DNA of 63,490 nucleotides, filler included, from Candidatus Huberarchaeum crystalense (lineage in GTDB: Archaea; Huberarchaeota; Huberarchaeia; Huberarchaeales; Huberarchaeaceae): the NCBI GenBank assembly GCA_002790315.1. It is 5 parts of 5 records of this genome, joined end to end, with 100 filler letters (N's around TTAATTAATTAA, not from the genome) between each part and the next. Parts side by side here need not be neighbours in the genome. Positions count along the whole stretch, not along the records: positions 42,716 to 58,895 come from PFUW01000035.1; positions 58,996 to 63,490 come from PFUW01000036.1; 3 more parts are not named here. One strand, written 5' to 3'. A program made the position numbers and the translations under genes. The notes under the pieces were generated by a model that searched no databases, had not been told where the DNA came from, and worked only from the letters and a program-made list of their open reading frames with translations. Position 1 is the stretch's first letter. Each line of letters starts with the position of its first letter. Of the stretch, positions 50,521 to 59,654 are shown one piece after another.

Positions 50521-51621
50521 TTACTTTTTATTTTTTTCGTCAAAATCATGCACACCTGTTTCATCAACCATAAAAACAACTTCTGCATCTGGAAGGTGTG
50601 GAGCATCAATTAGTTTTGCAACGCGCTTTCCTTCTCTTCCTTTTCGCAAGTAAACCCTGTATTTTGAAGCATGACCTAAAATATGCCCTCCGATTGGTGT
50701 TGTCGGATCTCCGAACATCATTCCTGGATTTGCCATCACCTGATTTGTTCCAATAATTACAAGCCCATATTGTTCTGCATATATTATTAGTTCGTGAAGA
50801 TATTTGTTTAGTGTTTGCTGTCTATCTGCAAGTGTTCCTCTTCCTGTATATTCGCTTCTAAAATGCGTTGTTAAAGAGTCAATTACAACTAATTTTATTG
50901 GTTCGTGCTGCACATCAATCATCTCTCTAATTTTGCTATTAAATGCTAGTTGAAAATCAATATTATATGCGCGCGCAACAAAGATATTTTCTAAGACCTT
51001 ATTAGGATCAAGTCCCAAAGCAACAGCCATCTGCTTTATACGTTCTGGTCTAAAACTTCCTTCTGCGTCAACATATATACATTTTCCATTTAAGCCACCC
51101 CTATCTAACAGAAGCTGAACAGTAACAGCACATTCTTCGGCAATTTGTGTTTTTCCGCTCCCAAAATCACCAAAAAACTCAGTAAGAACACCTTGCTCAA
51201 TTCCACCCCCCATCATTTGGTCAAGGGCTTTGCTGTTAGTTGTTAAAAATCCGCGTGTCGCATGATCTTTCATAAATTCATTTGCTGTTTTTATTCCCAT
51301 ATCAAGATGCTCTTTTGCTGCATCAATTATTCTTCCAGCTGTTAATTCGCTGATTCCATCAAGTGCTTCAAGACTAGAAACAGAAGCCATAGCAATTGAC
51401 ATAGGTGTATGAAATCCATGCTCTTTTAATGTGTCTGCCATTTTGCTCCCAACACCCGGCAAATCTCTAAGTGAAAATTCCTCTTTTTTAGAGTTTTGAT
51501 TTACTTCTTCTTTTATTTGCTCTGCTGCTGTTTCTGTTTTCCCTTTTTTTTCTTGCGACTCTATTCCTATCTCTTGAATAACATCATCAACTTTACTATT
51601 TTTTTGTTTTTTTGTTGCCAT
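50521..51621 (-). CDS. radA: DNA repair/recombination protein RadA
   Basis: HhH LPGVG, GDFGSGKTQ, FRPERI, IDSL..HFRSEY.GRG.LA.RQQ, TNQV, PIGGH.L.H. Confidence 0.97.
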   Translation of the reverse strand: MATKKQKNSKVDDVIQEIGIESQEKKGKTETAAEQIKEEVNQNSKKEEFSLRDLPGVGSKMADTLKEHGFHTPMSIAMASVSSLEALDGISELTAGRIIDAAKEHLDMGIKTANEFMKDHATRGFLTTNSKALDQMMGGGIEQGVLTEFFGDFGSGKTQIAEECAVTVQLLLDRGGLNGKCIYVDAEGSFRPERIKQMAVALGLDPNKVLENIFVARAYNIDFQLAFNSKIREMIDVQHEPIKLVVIDSLTTHFRSEYTGRGTLADRQQTLNKYLHELIIYAEQYGLVIIGTNQVMANPGMMFGDPTTPIGGHILGHASKYRVYLRKGREGKRVAKLIDAPHLPDAEVVFMVDETGVHDFDEKNKK

Positions 51622-51757
51622 AATTTTATTTATAAAATTACAAATCAAAGGTGAATTTTTACAAAAAAACAGTTATAAACACAAATTTCTTTCATATATA
51701 CTTTATATACTCTAAAAGTTTTTTAATATTATCTTTATTATCTTTATATTTATCAAT

Positions 51758-51898
51758 TTTTCACTCAACATAATCTCTTACCACATTACTTGTGTTCATA
51801 ATGTACTTTTCATTTTGCTATTAAGCTCTATGACTCTTTCCACTCAACATAATTTCCTACAACATTGCTTGTGTTCATACTGTACTTTTCATTTTGCT
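51758..51898. repeat. Imperfect direct repeat, about 79-bp period, 2 copies, ending at an N-gap
   Basis: CACTCAACATAAT...CTTGTGTTCATA.TGTACTTTTCATTTTGCT twice. Confidence 0.85.
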
Positions 51899-52026
51899 NN
51901 NNNNNNCACCAACATTTTCCTAAAATCAACACCCGCATTTTCCTAAATCACATATCTTTAATTTTATATATATTTATTATATTTTTATTATTTTTGTTTT
52001 TTCCATAGATCATTTATAAAAAATAT

Positions 52027-53190
52027 ATGGTTGCTGAAAAATCTGAGTGTAAAATTAATACAGACCAAACATTTAAAATAGACAATAAAACAACGGAAAA
52101 CGAAAATAAAATATTGCGTAAAGAAAATGAATTGTTGCGCGAACAGGTGCGAACTTTAAAAGAAGAGCAGTATATTTCGCGCATGCAACCCTGCCTTGTT
52201 GGAACTGTTGAAGAAATTCACAAAGACAAAGTAATTATTAATATAGTTGGTCATCCACAACTTGCTGCTACATTTCCAAAACGACTCAGCAACACATTAT
52301 TGATCAATCAACGAGTCATAGTAGACCCGCGCAATTTGGCAATTATAGATATATTAAGCGAAGAAAAAGACACAATATATCAATTTGAACTGCAGAAAAA
52401 ACCAAACACAACTTATAAAGATGTTGGTGGCCAGGAAAAGGTTATTGAAGAATTAAAAGAAGTTGTAGAATTACCTTTAAAGCACCCCGAACAATTTAAA
52501 AATTTGGGAATCAGACCTTACAAAGGTGTTTTAATTTACGGCCCACCTGGTGTTGGAAAAACACTAATAGCAAGGGCGATCGCAGGAGAAGCAGGAGCTA
52601 CATTTATCAAGATTAATGGATCAGACCTAGTTCAAAAATACATTGGCGAAGGCCCAAAATTAGTTAGCAAAATATTTGAGGTGGCGCGCAAGAAATCTCC
52701 TACTATTATCTTTATCGATGAACTTGACGCGATCGGAAACAAGCGTATTTATGATTCTACTGGCGCACAAGACGAAATTGCGCGAACCTTGACACAAATA
52801 TTATCTGAAATTGATGGATTTAACTCTACAGATGATGGAATTTTTGTGATAGGTGCAACAAATTTGCCTGAAAATTTAGATCCTGCATTGCTAAGATCTG
52901 GCAGGTTAGAAAGACACATAAAAATTGGATTTCCTACAAAAGAAGATCGCGCAAAAATCTTCAAGGTGTGTCTAAGAAATATGAAAACAAGCAAAAACAT
53001 CTCTGCAACAAAATTAGCTGAAATATCAGGAGAAAAAACAGGAGCAGACATCAAAAAAATATGCATAGAAGCAGGAATTGCAGCTATTAAAGAAAACGCA
53101 AAAAACATCACAGAAAAGCACTTTAAAAATGCGATAGAAAAATACAAAATACAAAAAACAACAAGCGCAGACCTTGGGTTATATAAATAA
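52027..53190 (+). CDS. pan: Proteasome-activating nucleotidase PAN
   Basis: Coiled coil + OB fold, GPPGVGKT, IDELDAIG, LDPALLRSGR, C-terminal HbYX (LYK). Confidence 0.93.
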   Translation: MVAEKSECKINTDQTFKIDNKTTENENKILRKENELLREQVRTLKEEQYISRMQPCLVGTVEEIHKDKVIINIVGHPQLAATFPKRLSNTLLINQRVIVDPRNLAIIDILSEEKDTIYQFELQKKPNTTYKDVGGQEKVIEELKEVVELPLKHPEQFKNLGIRPYKGVLIYGPPGVGKTLIARAIAGEAGATFIKINGSDLVQKYIGEGPKLVSKIFEVARKKSPTIIFIDELDAIGNKRIYDSTGAQDEIARTLTQILSEIDGFNSTDDGIFVIGATNLPENLDPALLRSGRLERHIKIGFPTKEDRAKIFKVCLRNMKTSKNISATKLAEISGEKTGADIKKICIEAGIAAIKENAKNITEKHFKNAIEKYKIQKTTSADLGLYK

Positions 53191-53208
53191 AAAATAAGAT
53201 TAAGCAAA

Positions 53209-53373
53209 TTATTTAGAGGGAAGAAAAACAGTAGTAAGTGGGTTAGGAAGATTTATAGGAATTACTCCATACATAACAAATAATAAAAATGTAATAATTA
53301 GAAGCGCAAGTATAATCCCTGCTAAGGTATATGCTGATAAACTTGAACCTGTGGCTTTTTTGTTTAAAGACAT
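53209..53373 (-). CDS. Small pilin-like protein (class III signal peptide-like)
   Basis: MSLNKKA followed by a long hydrophobic helix. Confidence 0.5.
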   Translation of the reverse strand: MSLNKKATGSSLSAYTLAGIILALLIITFLLFVMYGVIPINLPNPLTTVFLPSK

Positions 53374-53554
53374 ATTGTTTTTAAAAACATTTAGCATCTA
53401 TGAGGAAGTCCTGTTTGCTAAAATAATAGCATTTTTCAAATGTGCTAATTCTATTAAGAGCAGAATGATCTATTTTATCTTTCCACAGAGAACAAATAAT
53501 TTTAAATGTATACTCATTATTACTTCGTTTTTAGGTATTTCTTCCTTGCTTATC

Positions 53555-54103
53555 TTATTTTTTAGGACATTCACTGCCCTTAGAAAAAGTTGTTGTTCCA
53601 TCTTCACCAACACAATCATATGTTAGTATATTATTTTTATTACAAACATATTTGCACTTAATTTTATCATGGTAAAATTGGTCGCAAAGCTCTATAAACT
53701 TGTCCTCTGCTATATCACTTATATCATATATCCCTGCTTTTAAAGCTGTAACATTGCAACCATCTTTTCCTAAACGCAAATGCTCACAAGTAGTTACTAC
53801 AGCAGAAAGGCATAATTGGTACCGCGTAGTATTGGCCATATTGAGAGCTGTAACAAAGTCAGAGCTCTGCCGCCCCGTGCAAGAAATTAAAGTTGTTTCG
53901 CACACCATTTTTGCTCTTTCAACATTGCTTTTAGTAAATGCAAAATCTTGCTCTTGAAAAAACTGTTTTACAAATCCTTGAAATGTAGGAATTGTAAAAT
54001 ACAGCACAAGAACAAGTACAATGATCATAACTATCATATAAAAAATTACGTGTGAAGATACCTCTCCGCGCGCATTTAAACCATTGGTTTTGGTAAATAC
54101 CAT
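53555..54103 (-). CDS. Type IV pilin-like Cys-rich protein
   Basis: NARG/EVS cleavage-like motif, hydrophobic helix, 10 Cys in the globular part. Confidence 0.6.
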   Translation of the reverse strand: MVFTKTNGLNARGEVSSHVIFYMIVMIIVLVLVLYFTIPTFQGFVKQFFQEQDFAFTKSNVERAKMVCETTLISCTGRQSSDFVTALNMANTTRYQLCLSAVVTTCEHLRLGKDGCNVTALKAGIYDISDIAEDKFIELCDQFYHDKIKCKYVCNKNNILTYDCVGEDGTTTFSKGSECPKK

Positions 54104-54183
54104 ATATTATTTAATATAAAGTATAAAAGGCATTATTTACAATCTTATAATTTAATTAAAAAAATTAACAGAAAGAATTTTGC

Positions 54184-54265
54184 GCGGAGATGGCGGAACG
54201 GTAACGCGCTCGTCTCGAAAACGAGTGCCAGTGATGGTATGTAGGTTCGAATCCTACTCTTCGCA
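54184..54265 (+). tRNA. tRNA-Ser(CGA), long variable arm, discriminator A
   Basis: GCGGAGA/TCTTCGC, anticodon arm CTCGT-CT CGA AA-ACGAG, variable arm TGCCA-GTGA-TGGTA, T arm GTAGG-TTCGAAT-CCTAC. Confidence 0.92.
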
Positions 54266-54740
54266 TTAACAAGTATAACCTATGATTTGTATTTTGTTTA
54301 TAAGTTTAAGTTTGCATTGCCGTGCAATTGTCTCAAAAGAGTAATTTGTTTTTAGTTTAGCAAAATAGCGCATATTTTTGCACTAAAATTAAACTTTTAG
54401 AATTTTGTAAATTGATTTGATCGCGCGAAAAAGAATCTTTTTCAACAACATAATATTCCTATATTAGTTCAACAATTGCCAAAGATCAGGCATTATATTT
54501 CTATAATTACACCCCTCACTCTTTTGCCTAATATAACCAGAACAATACACTCAAAAGTTAGATTTGTTGAATCAACAGTTTTTTCAAATTAAAAAAACAC
54601 TATTTTTTTGCTTGCTTGAATATGTGATTGGCGCGCAAAGGCGCGCCACTATTTTTACTCAAACAAGTTTGTATTTTTATTAAATAAATATGCTTTTATT
54701 TAACCTGCCACAATAATATCTTTTCGCCAAAATTATACTT

Positions 54741-56277
54741 TTATTTAACCTGCCACGACAACATCTTTTCGCCAAAATTAATAATTTTCTTAGGAATTTT
54801 TCCTTTTTTCATTGCAGCAGCAAGCAAGCCAACATCTTCTTTACTAAAACCCTTCAACAAAACCAACACTACTAAATATACTATAAAAGAAAGACCTGCA
54901 ACCAAAGCTAAAAAACCGACTTTAATTGTTTTTTCCAAAATTAGAGAGAGAGTAGTGCTGTTGTTAATTATTTGAGGGATTCCTATTCGTAAAATTTCTC
55001 CGAGCAAGGGCTTAAAAACAAACAAAATCAAAACAACAAGAGCACCTGCAAGCAAGGGTTTAAATAAATTAACGGGCAACTCAAAATTAAGTTCTCTATA
55101 ACCAAAGTAAATAAAGCACAATGTAATAAAAATAAAAGTAATCATATAAGATATTGCTGCACCTAAAATATTGTATTGTGGGATGAGCAACAAATTTAAA
55201 ATAATATTTAATATAGCACCCAAACAACTCACAAGCAAATTTATTTTGTTTTTCCGTAGAGCAACAAACTGCACAGCTTGTACCCACCCAAACAAAACAC
55301 TAAAAAAACCAACTGAAAGTATCATAAATNNNNNNNNNNNNGCGGTGAGATGTTTGTCTTATTTCAGATAATTTATTTTTGCCGTGAAGTCCTGAAAGAA
55401 CAGGAAGAAAGATTGAGGAGATGGCTGTTGTGAAAAGCAACAAAGACCCTGCAAAACCAAAGCAAACAGAATAATGGCCTATCAAAGAAGCGACTTCTTT
55501 TGCAGAAAATTGACCAACCAACAAGCTACCAAGCATTATTTTGTCCATCACACTAATTAAAACAACCATAGAACTAGTTGCAGCGACGACAATGCTAAAT
55601 GGTAAAACTTGACTTTTAAAAAGCGACCAACTATATTTTGGTTTTTTAGGAATTTTTTGGTAAGATTTTAAAGAATAGAAAAAACCAATAATCCAAGAAA
55701 TACCTAAACCAAATAAAACAGCTAACATTAATGCCTCTGCAGTGGCACCTAACCAAAATGCAAATACAACAGTCAAAAACACTTTTAAAAATTGCTGAAA
55801 AATGTTAAGTTTGGCATTTAATTTTACTTTTTTCAACGCAACAATAAATGCAAAACCTTTGTTAAAAAAAGTAAGCAAAACATAAACTGCTGCTATATAT
55901 AATATTGGCAATAAAGCAGGATTATTATAAAACTCTGTGATAATAGGAATCATAAGGAAAAAAATCACAGCTATTCCAAACGAAAGAAGCGCAAACAAAA
56001 AAAGTGAATATTTATAAACTCCTTTTGCCAATTCGGGTTTTCCTTTCCCTAAATAATATGCAACATAACGAACAATTGCATCTGAAATTCCTGCATCTGT
56101 AAACAAAGTAATTAAAGCGACAATGCTAAAAACAAGTTGAAAAAGCCCAATTTCTGCTGGGTCAAAAAAGCGCGCCTGAAATAATAAATAAAAAAGTGCT
56201 AAAATCTTAATAGCAATAGTAGACACCAAACCCCAAAAAGATCCGCTCCCAATTTCTTTTATAGCTGCTGAAGACAT
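54741..56277 (-). CDS. Wzx/MOP-family oligosaccharide flippase (one gene split by the gap at 55330-55341)
   Basis: ARFF.P.E.G.F, D.GI..A.VRY.A, DKIMLG, IFLPVLS, NIILNLLLIP.Y..LGAA. Confidence 0.9.
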
Positions 56278-56360
56278 AAATTTGTTTTTATAAATTTATA
56301 AATTGGTGTTTTATGAAGTAAAGAGTTGTGTGTAGTAGTTGCTAATTAAGTAAAAAGATT

Positions 56361-57482
56361 ATGGTTGTTGCAATAGTGATTGGAACATGGGCAGAGTTAA
56401 TTAAAACATTTCCTGTTATGCTTGAATTAGATAAGCGAAAAATTCCTTGGGTTTTCATTCACACAGGACAACATAATCTCGGCGATGTTAGTGTTCTTGG
56501 AATAAAAAAACCAGACATTGTTTTAACAGAACCTCCACAAAAAGGTGTAACCACAAAATTTTTTGCAAAGCTTAAAAAAGCTACTTTTTGGAGTACACTT
56601 ATGATTCCGCGAATTATGTTGGCTCTAAGAAAGATTAAAAATTTAAGATATGTCCTTTATCATGGAGATACCATGTCAACTTGCTCTGCTGCAATTGCTG
56701 CATCAAAATTATTAAATCCATTTAAAAAATATAAAAATGCTCATCTTGAAGCTGGCTTGCGTTCTGAAAGTTTATTTGAGCCCTTTCCTGAAGAAATCTC
56801 TCGCCATATTTCAGATAAGCTTTCAGACATTCTTTTTGCAGTTTCTGACAGGAGTGAACAAAATTTAAAAAACAGCATTCTTCATTTTGGAAAAATATAC
56901 AATGTGGGTAATACAATTGTAGATTCAACGATTCTTGCTTTAAGAATTGCAGAAAAAAACAATATTAAAACACCTATTAAAAAATATGCTTTGGTTACAA
57001 TTCACAGAGATGAAAATATTAGGTATAAATGGCGACTTGAAAGAATTGTTGACATTCTTTTAAAGATCCCAATTAAAACATATTTTCCACTTCATGACAA
57101 CACAAAAAAAAAATTAATGGATTATGGTCTTTATAAAAAATTAAAAAAAGCAAAAAATATAAAAATTTTAAAACACAAAAACTATATTGAATTTATAGCG
57201 TGGCTTAAAAATTGTAGTTTGTTAGTTACAGATGGAGGTAGTATCCAAGAAGAAAGTTTAGTGTTCAAAAAACCTTGTATTTTATTGCGTAAAAAAACAG
57301 AAAGACAAGAAGGTCTTGAAACAGGATTAAATTTTCTTACAGATCTAGATATTAATAAAACTGAAGAATTTATAAAATTAGTACTTAATCCAAAGTATAA
57401 AATACCGAGCTTCAAAAATCCTTATGGGGAGTTTGGTGTATCAAAGAAGGTTGTTGATGTTTTAGAAAGGTGTTTGAAATGA
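56361..57482 (+). CDS. wecB: UDP-N-acetylglucosamine 2-epimerase (non-hydrolysing)
   Basis: GT..ELIK, HTGQH, HGDT, HLEAGLRS, PFPEE, GNTIVD, TIHR.EN, TDGGSIQEE, TERQEG, NPYG. Confidence 0.95.
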   Translation: MVVAIVIGTWAELIKTFPVMLELDKRKIPWVFIHTGQHNLGDVSVLGIKKPDIVLTEPPQKGVTTKFFAKLKKATFWSTLMIPRIMLALRKIKNLRYVLYHGDTMSTCSAAIAASKLLNPFKKYKNAHLEAGLRSESLFEPFPEEISRHISDKLSDILFAVSDRSEQNLKNSILHFGKIYNVGNTIVDSTILALRIAEKNNIKTPIKKYALVTIHRDENIRYKWRLERIVDILLKIPIKTYFPLHDNTKKKLMDYGLYKKLKKAKNIKILKHKNYIEFIAWLKNCSLLVTDGGSIQEESLVFKKPCILLRKKTERQEGLETGLNFLTDLDINKTEEFIKLVLNPKYKIPSFKNPYGEFGVSKKVVDVLERCLK

Positions 57483-57528
57483 TACTTAATTTAAGGCATA
57501 GCGTAACAAAAAAGAACATCTGTATTAA

Positions 57529-57671
57529 CTTAAATTTTTAACTAAACTAAACATTAATTATTCAAAAGACATAATTAAAAAAATAGAAGGGGTGAATTAA
57601 AAATCAGAAAATTCAAAAATCCTTATGGTGAATGGGGAGATAGTAAAAAAATTGTTGATATATTAAAATGA
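57529..57671 (+). pseudogene. Degraded 3' fragment of a second wecB allele
   Basis: LKFLTKLNINYSKDIIK and, after a frameshift, KFKNPYGEWGDSKKIVDILK align to the WecB C-terminus LNFLTDLDINKT...SFKNPYGEFGVSKKVVDVLE. Confidence 0.7.
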
Positions 57672-58215
57672 AAATACTTGATATAGGTTGTGGCAGAAAT
57701 AAATACAAAAGTATAACTAAAGAGGATATAGTTATAAGTTTGGACAGAGTAAAATTACATAGAGTTGATATTGTTCATGATTTAGAAAAATTTTCGTTGC
57801 CTTTTAGAGATAATGAGTTTGATAAAGTAATTGCCTTTCATGTTTTGGAACATATAAAAAATTTTATTCCATTAATGGCTGAATTACATAGAATAATGAA
57901 GGCAGGAGCAATACTTGAAATAAAAGTTCCTTTTTATTCAGCCCAGGTGTGCAATATAATGATCCAACGCATAAAAGATTTTTCACCCTTTTTACCTTTG
58001 ATTACTTTAGTAAAGGTGCATCTGCCCACGAAGTTAATGGAAGTAGAGTACAATTCAAAGTTAAAAAAAGAAAAATAAATTTTGGAGGTCAAAGTAAAAT
58101 TATGAACAAATTTTTTAATCCTCTTTTGAATTTAAATCAAAAATTTTATTGTATATTTTTTGCTTGGATTTTTCCAGCAGCAGAGATAGAATATATAATA
58201 ACATCCATTAAATAA
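57668..58215 (+). pseudogene. Class I SAM-dependent methyltransferase with a frameshift near 57940
   Basis: LDIGCG, DIVHDL, LPF..NEFD, HVLEH, VP in frame A; DPTHKRFF in frame B. Confidence 0.8.
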
Positions 58216-58218
58216 AAT

Positions 58219-58895
58219 ATGAAACAAATTAAAATCTACCTACAATATCCTTGGGTGGTTTCTGACAGTTCGTATTATAAATATTTGATAAACAATTCTC
58301 CAGAAAATGTAGANNNNNNNNNNNNNNATGATTAGAAAAATTACTGGTTTTTTAAACTTACCCATCCCTAATGCTCATTTAACAAGGTCAAAAGAAAAAT
58401 ATGATTTAATTCACTGTGCACATTGTTTAAGTTTAAATAATAAAAATCCTTGGGTTGCAGATGTAGAATGTTTATGGTCTTTGTGGGTTTCTGGACAAAA
58501 TAGCATCATAGGTAAGAAAATAGTTAGAGAGATACTCTTAAGAAAAAATTGTAAAAAAATCCTCCCTTGGACAAATGTCACAAAAAACGAGATCGAAAAG
58601 TTTTTTCCTGAAATTAAAAATAAAATAGAAGTTGTTTATCCTGCTGTTCCGTTAGTCAAGATAAAAAGCAAACGGCACAAAGAAATTAATCTCCTATTTA
58701 TCAGCAGATATTTTTATGAAAAAGGAGGATTGCACGCTTTGGAAACAATTAATCAGTTAACAAAAAAATATGAAAATGTTTCTGGGATTGTGGTTTCAGA
58801 AGTTCCAAAAGAAATATTAAATAAATATTCCAAAAATAAAAAGATAAAATTCTATGAATTAATGCCTCAAAAAGAATTGTTTGAAAATATTTTTC
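58219..58895 (+). CDS. GT4 glycosyltransferase, partial (gap, then linker)
   Basis: YDLIH, KIEVVYP, LLFISR.FYEKGG. Confidence 0.85.
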
Positions 58896-59002
58896 NNNNN
58901 NNNNNNNNNNNNNNNNNNNNNNNNNNNNNNNNNNNNNNNTTAATTAATTAANNNNNNNNNNNNNNNNNNNNNNNNNNNNNNNNNNNNNNNNNNNNAGATC
59001 AG

Positions 59003-59397
59003 ATGGATATAATATTAAAAACCACGTCAAAAACCCAACAAAACCTTAATAATACAATAAAAAAACTAAAAGAATGTAACATTTCTGAAATAAAAATAAG
59101 AGATGATAATACTTATACTCTAGAAGAACTGGAAAATAAAAGGGATATACTTGAATGTAAAATAAAAAGAGTTACAACATATAATGAGCTTTTTATTAAA
59201 GAGTTAATGCATAGTAACTGTTATGATAGATATATTAAAAGTAGGTTAGATTATAAAACAGATATTAAAATTTTTGATGCGGTTATATTGTATTCTACTA
59301 ATGTAATAGCAGTTATGGAAGATATAACAAAGATTAATAATGAGTTGGGACAACTTAATAATGTTTTTCCGAGTTGTAAAGATACTAAGAATGATAC
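59003..59397 (+). CDS. Hypothetical protein, gap-interrupted
   Basis: More than 130 open codons; no family recognised. Confidence 0.45.
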
Positions 59398-59654
59398 NNN
59401 NNNNNNNNNNNNNNNCTTTTACTAAAATTTAAATAGTAGTGGATTTGAAGTAACAGAAATAATATAAGAAGGACCTAATGATAAAAATATAACTAATAGT
59501 GTAATTTATTAAAAAAGCATAAACACCATTAGGGTGTCATTTCTCACTATATAAGTTGTTATTTATAACAACATTTTGTTGGCAAAAACAACAACAGCGC
59601 CAGCATTTGACTTCTCCAAACATGGGGTTTTTAAATAAGAGTAGTAAATACATT

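Noticed and set aside
54741-56277. Flippase, RFC-L, aIF5B and GT4 as split or truncated genes
   Set aside because: The breaks coincide with N-gaps, so they are assembly effects.
19639-58995. Recurrent TTAATTAATTAA palindrome and ORFs ending in LIN
   Set aside because: Artificial linkers inside N-runs; gene neighbourhoods across them are meaningless.
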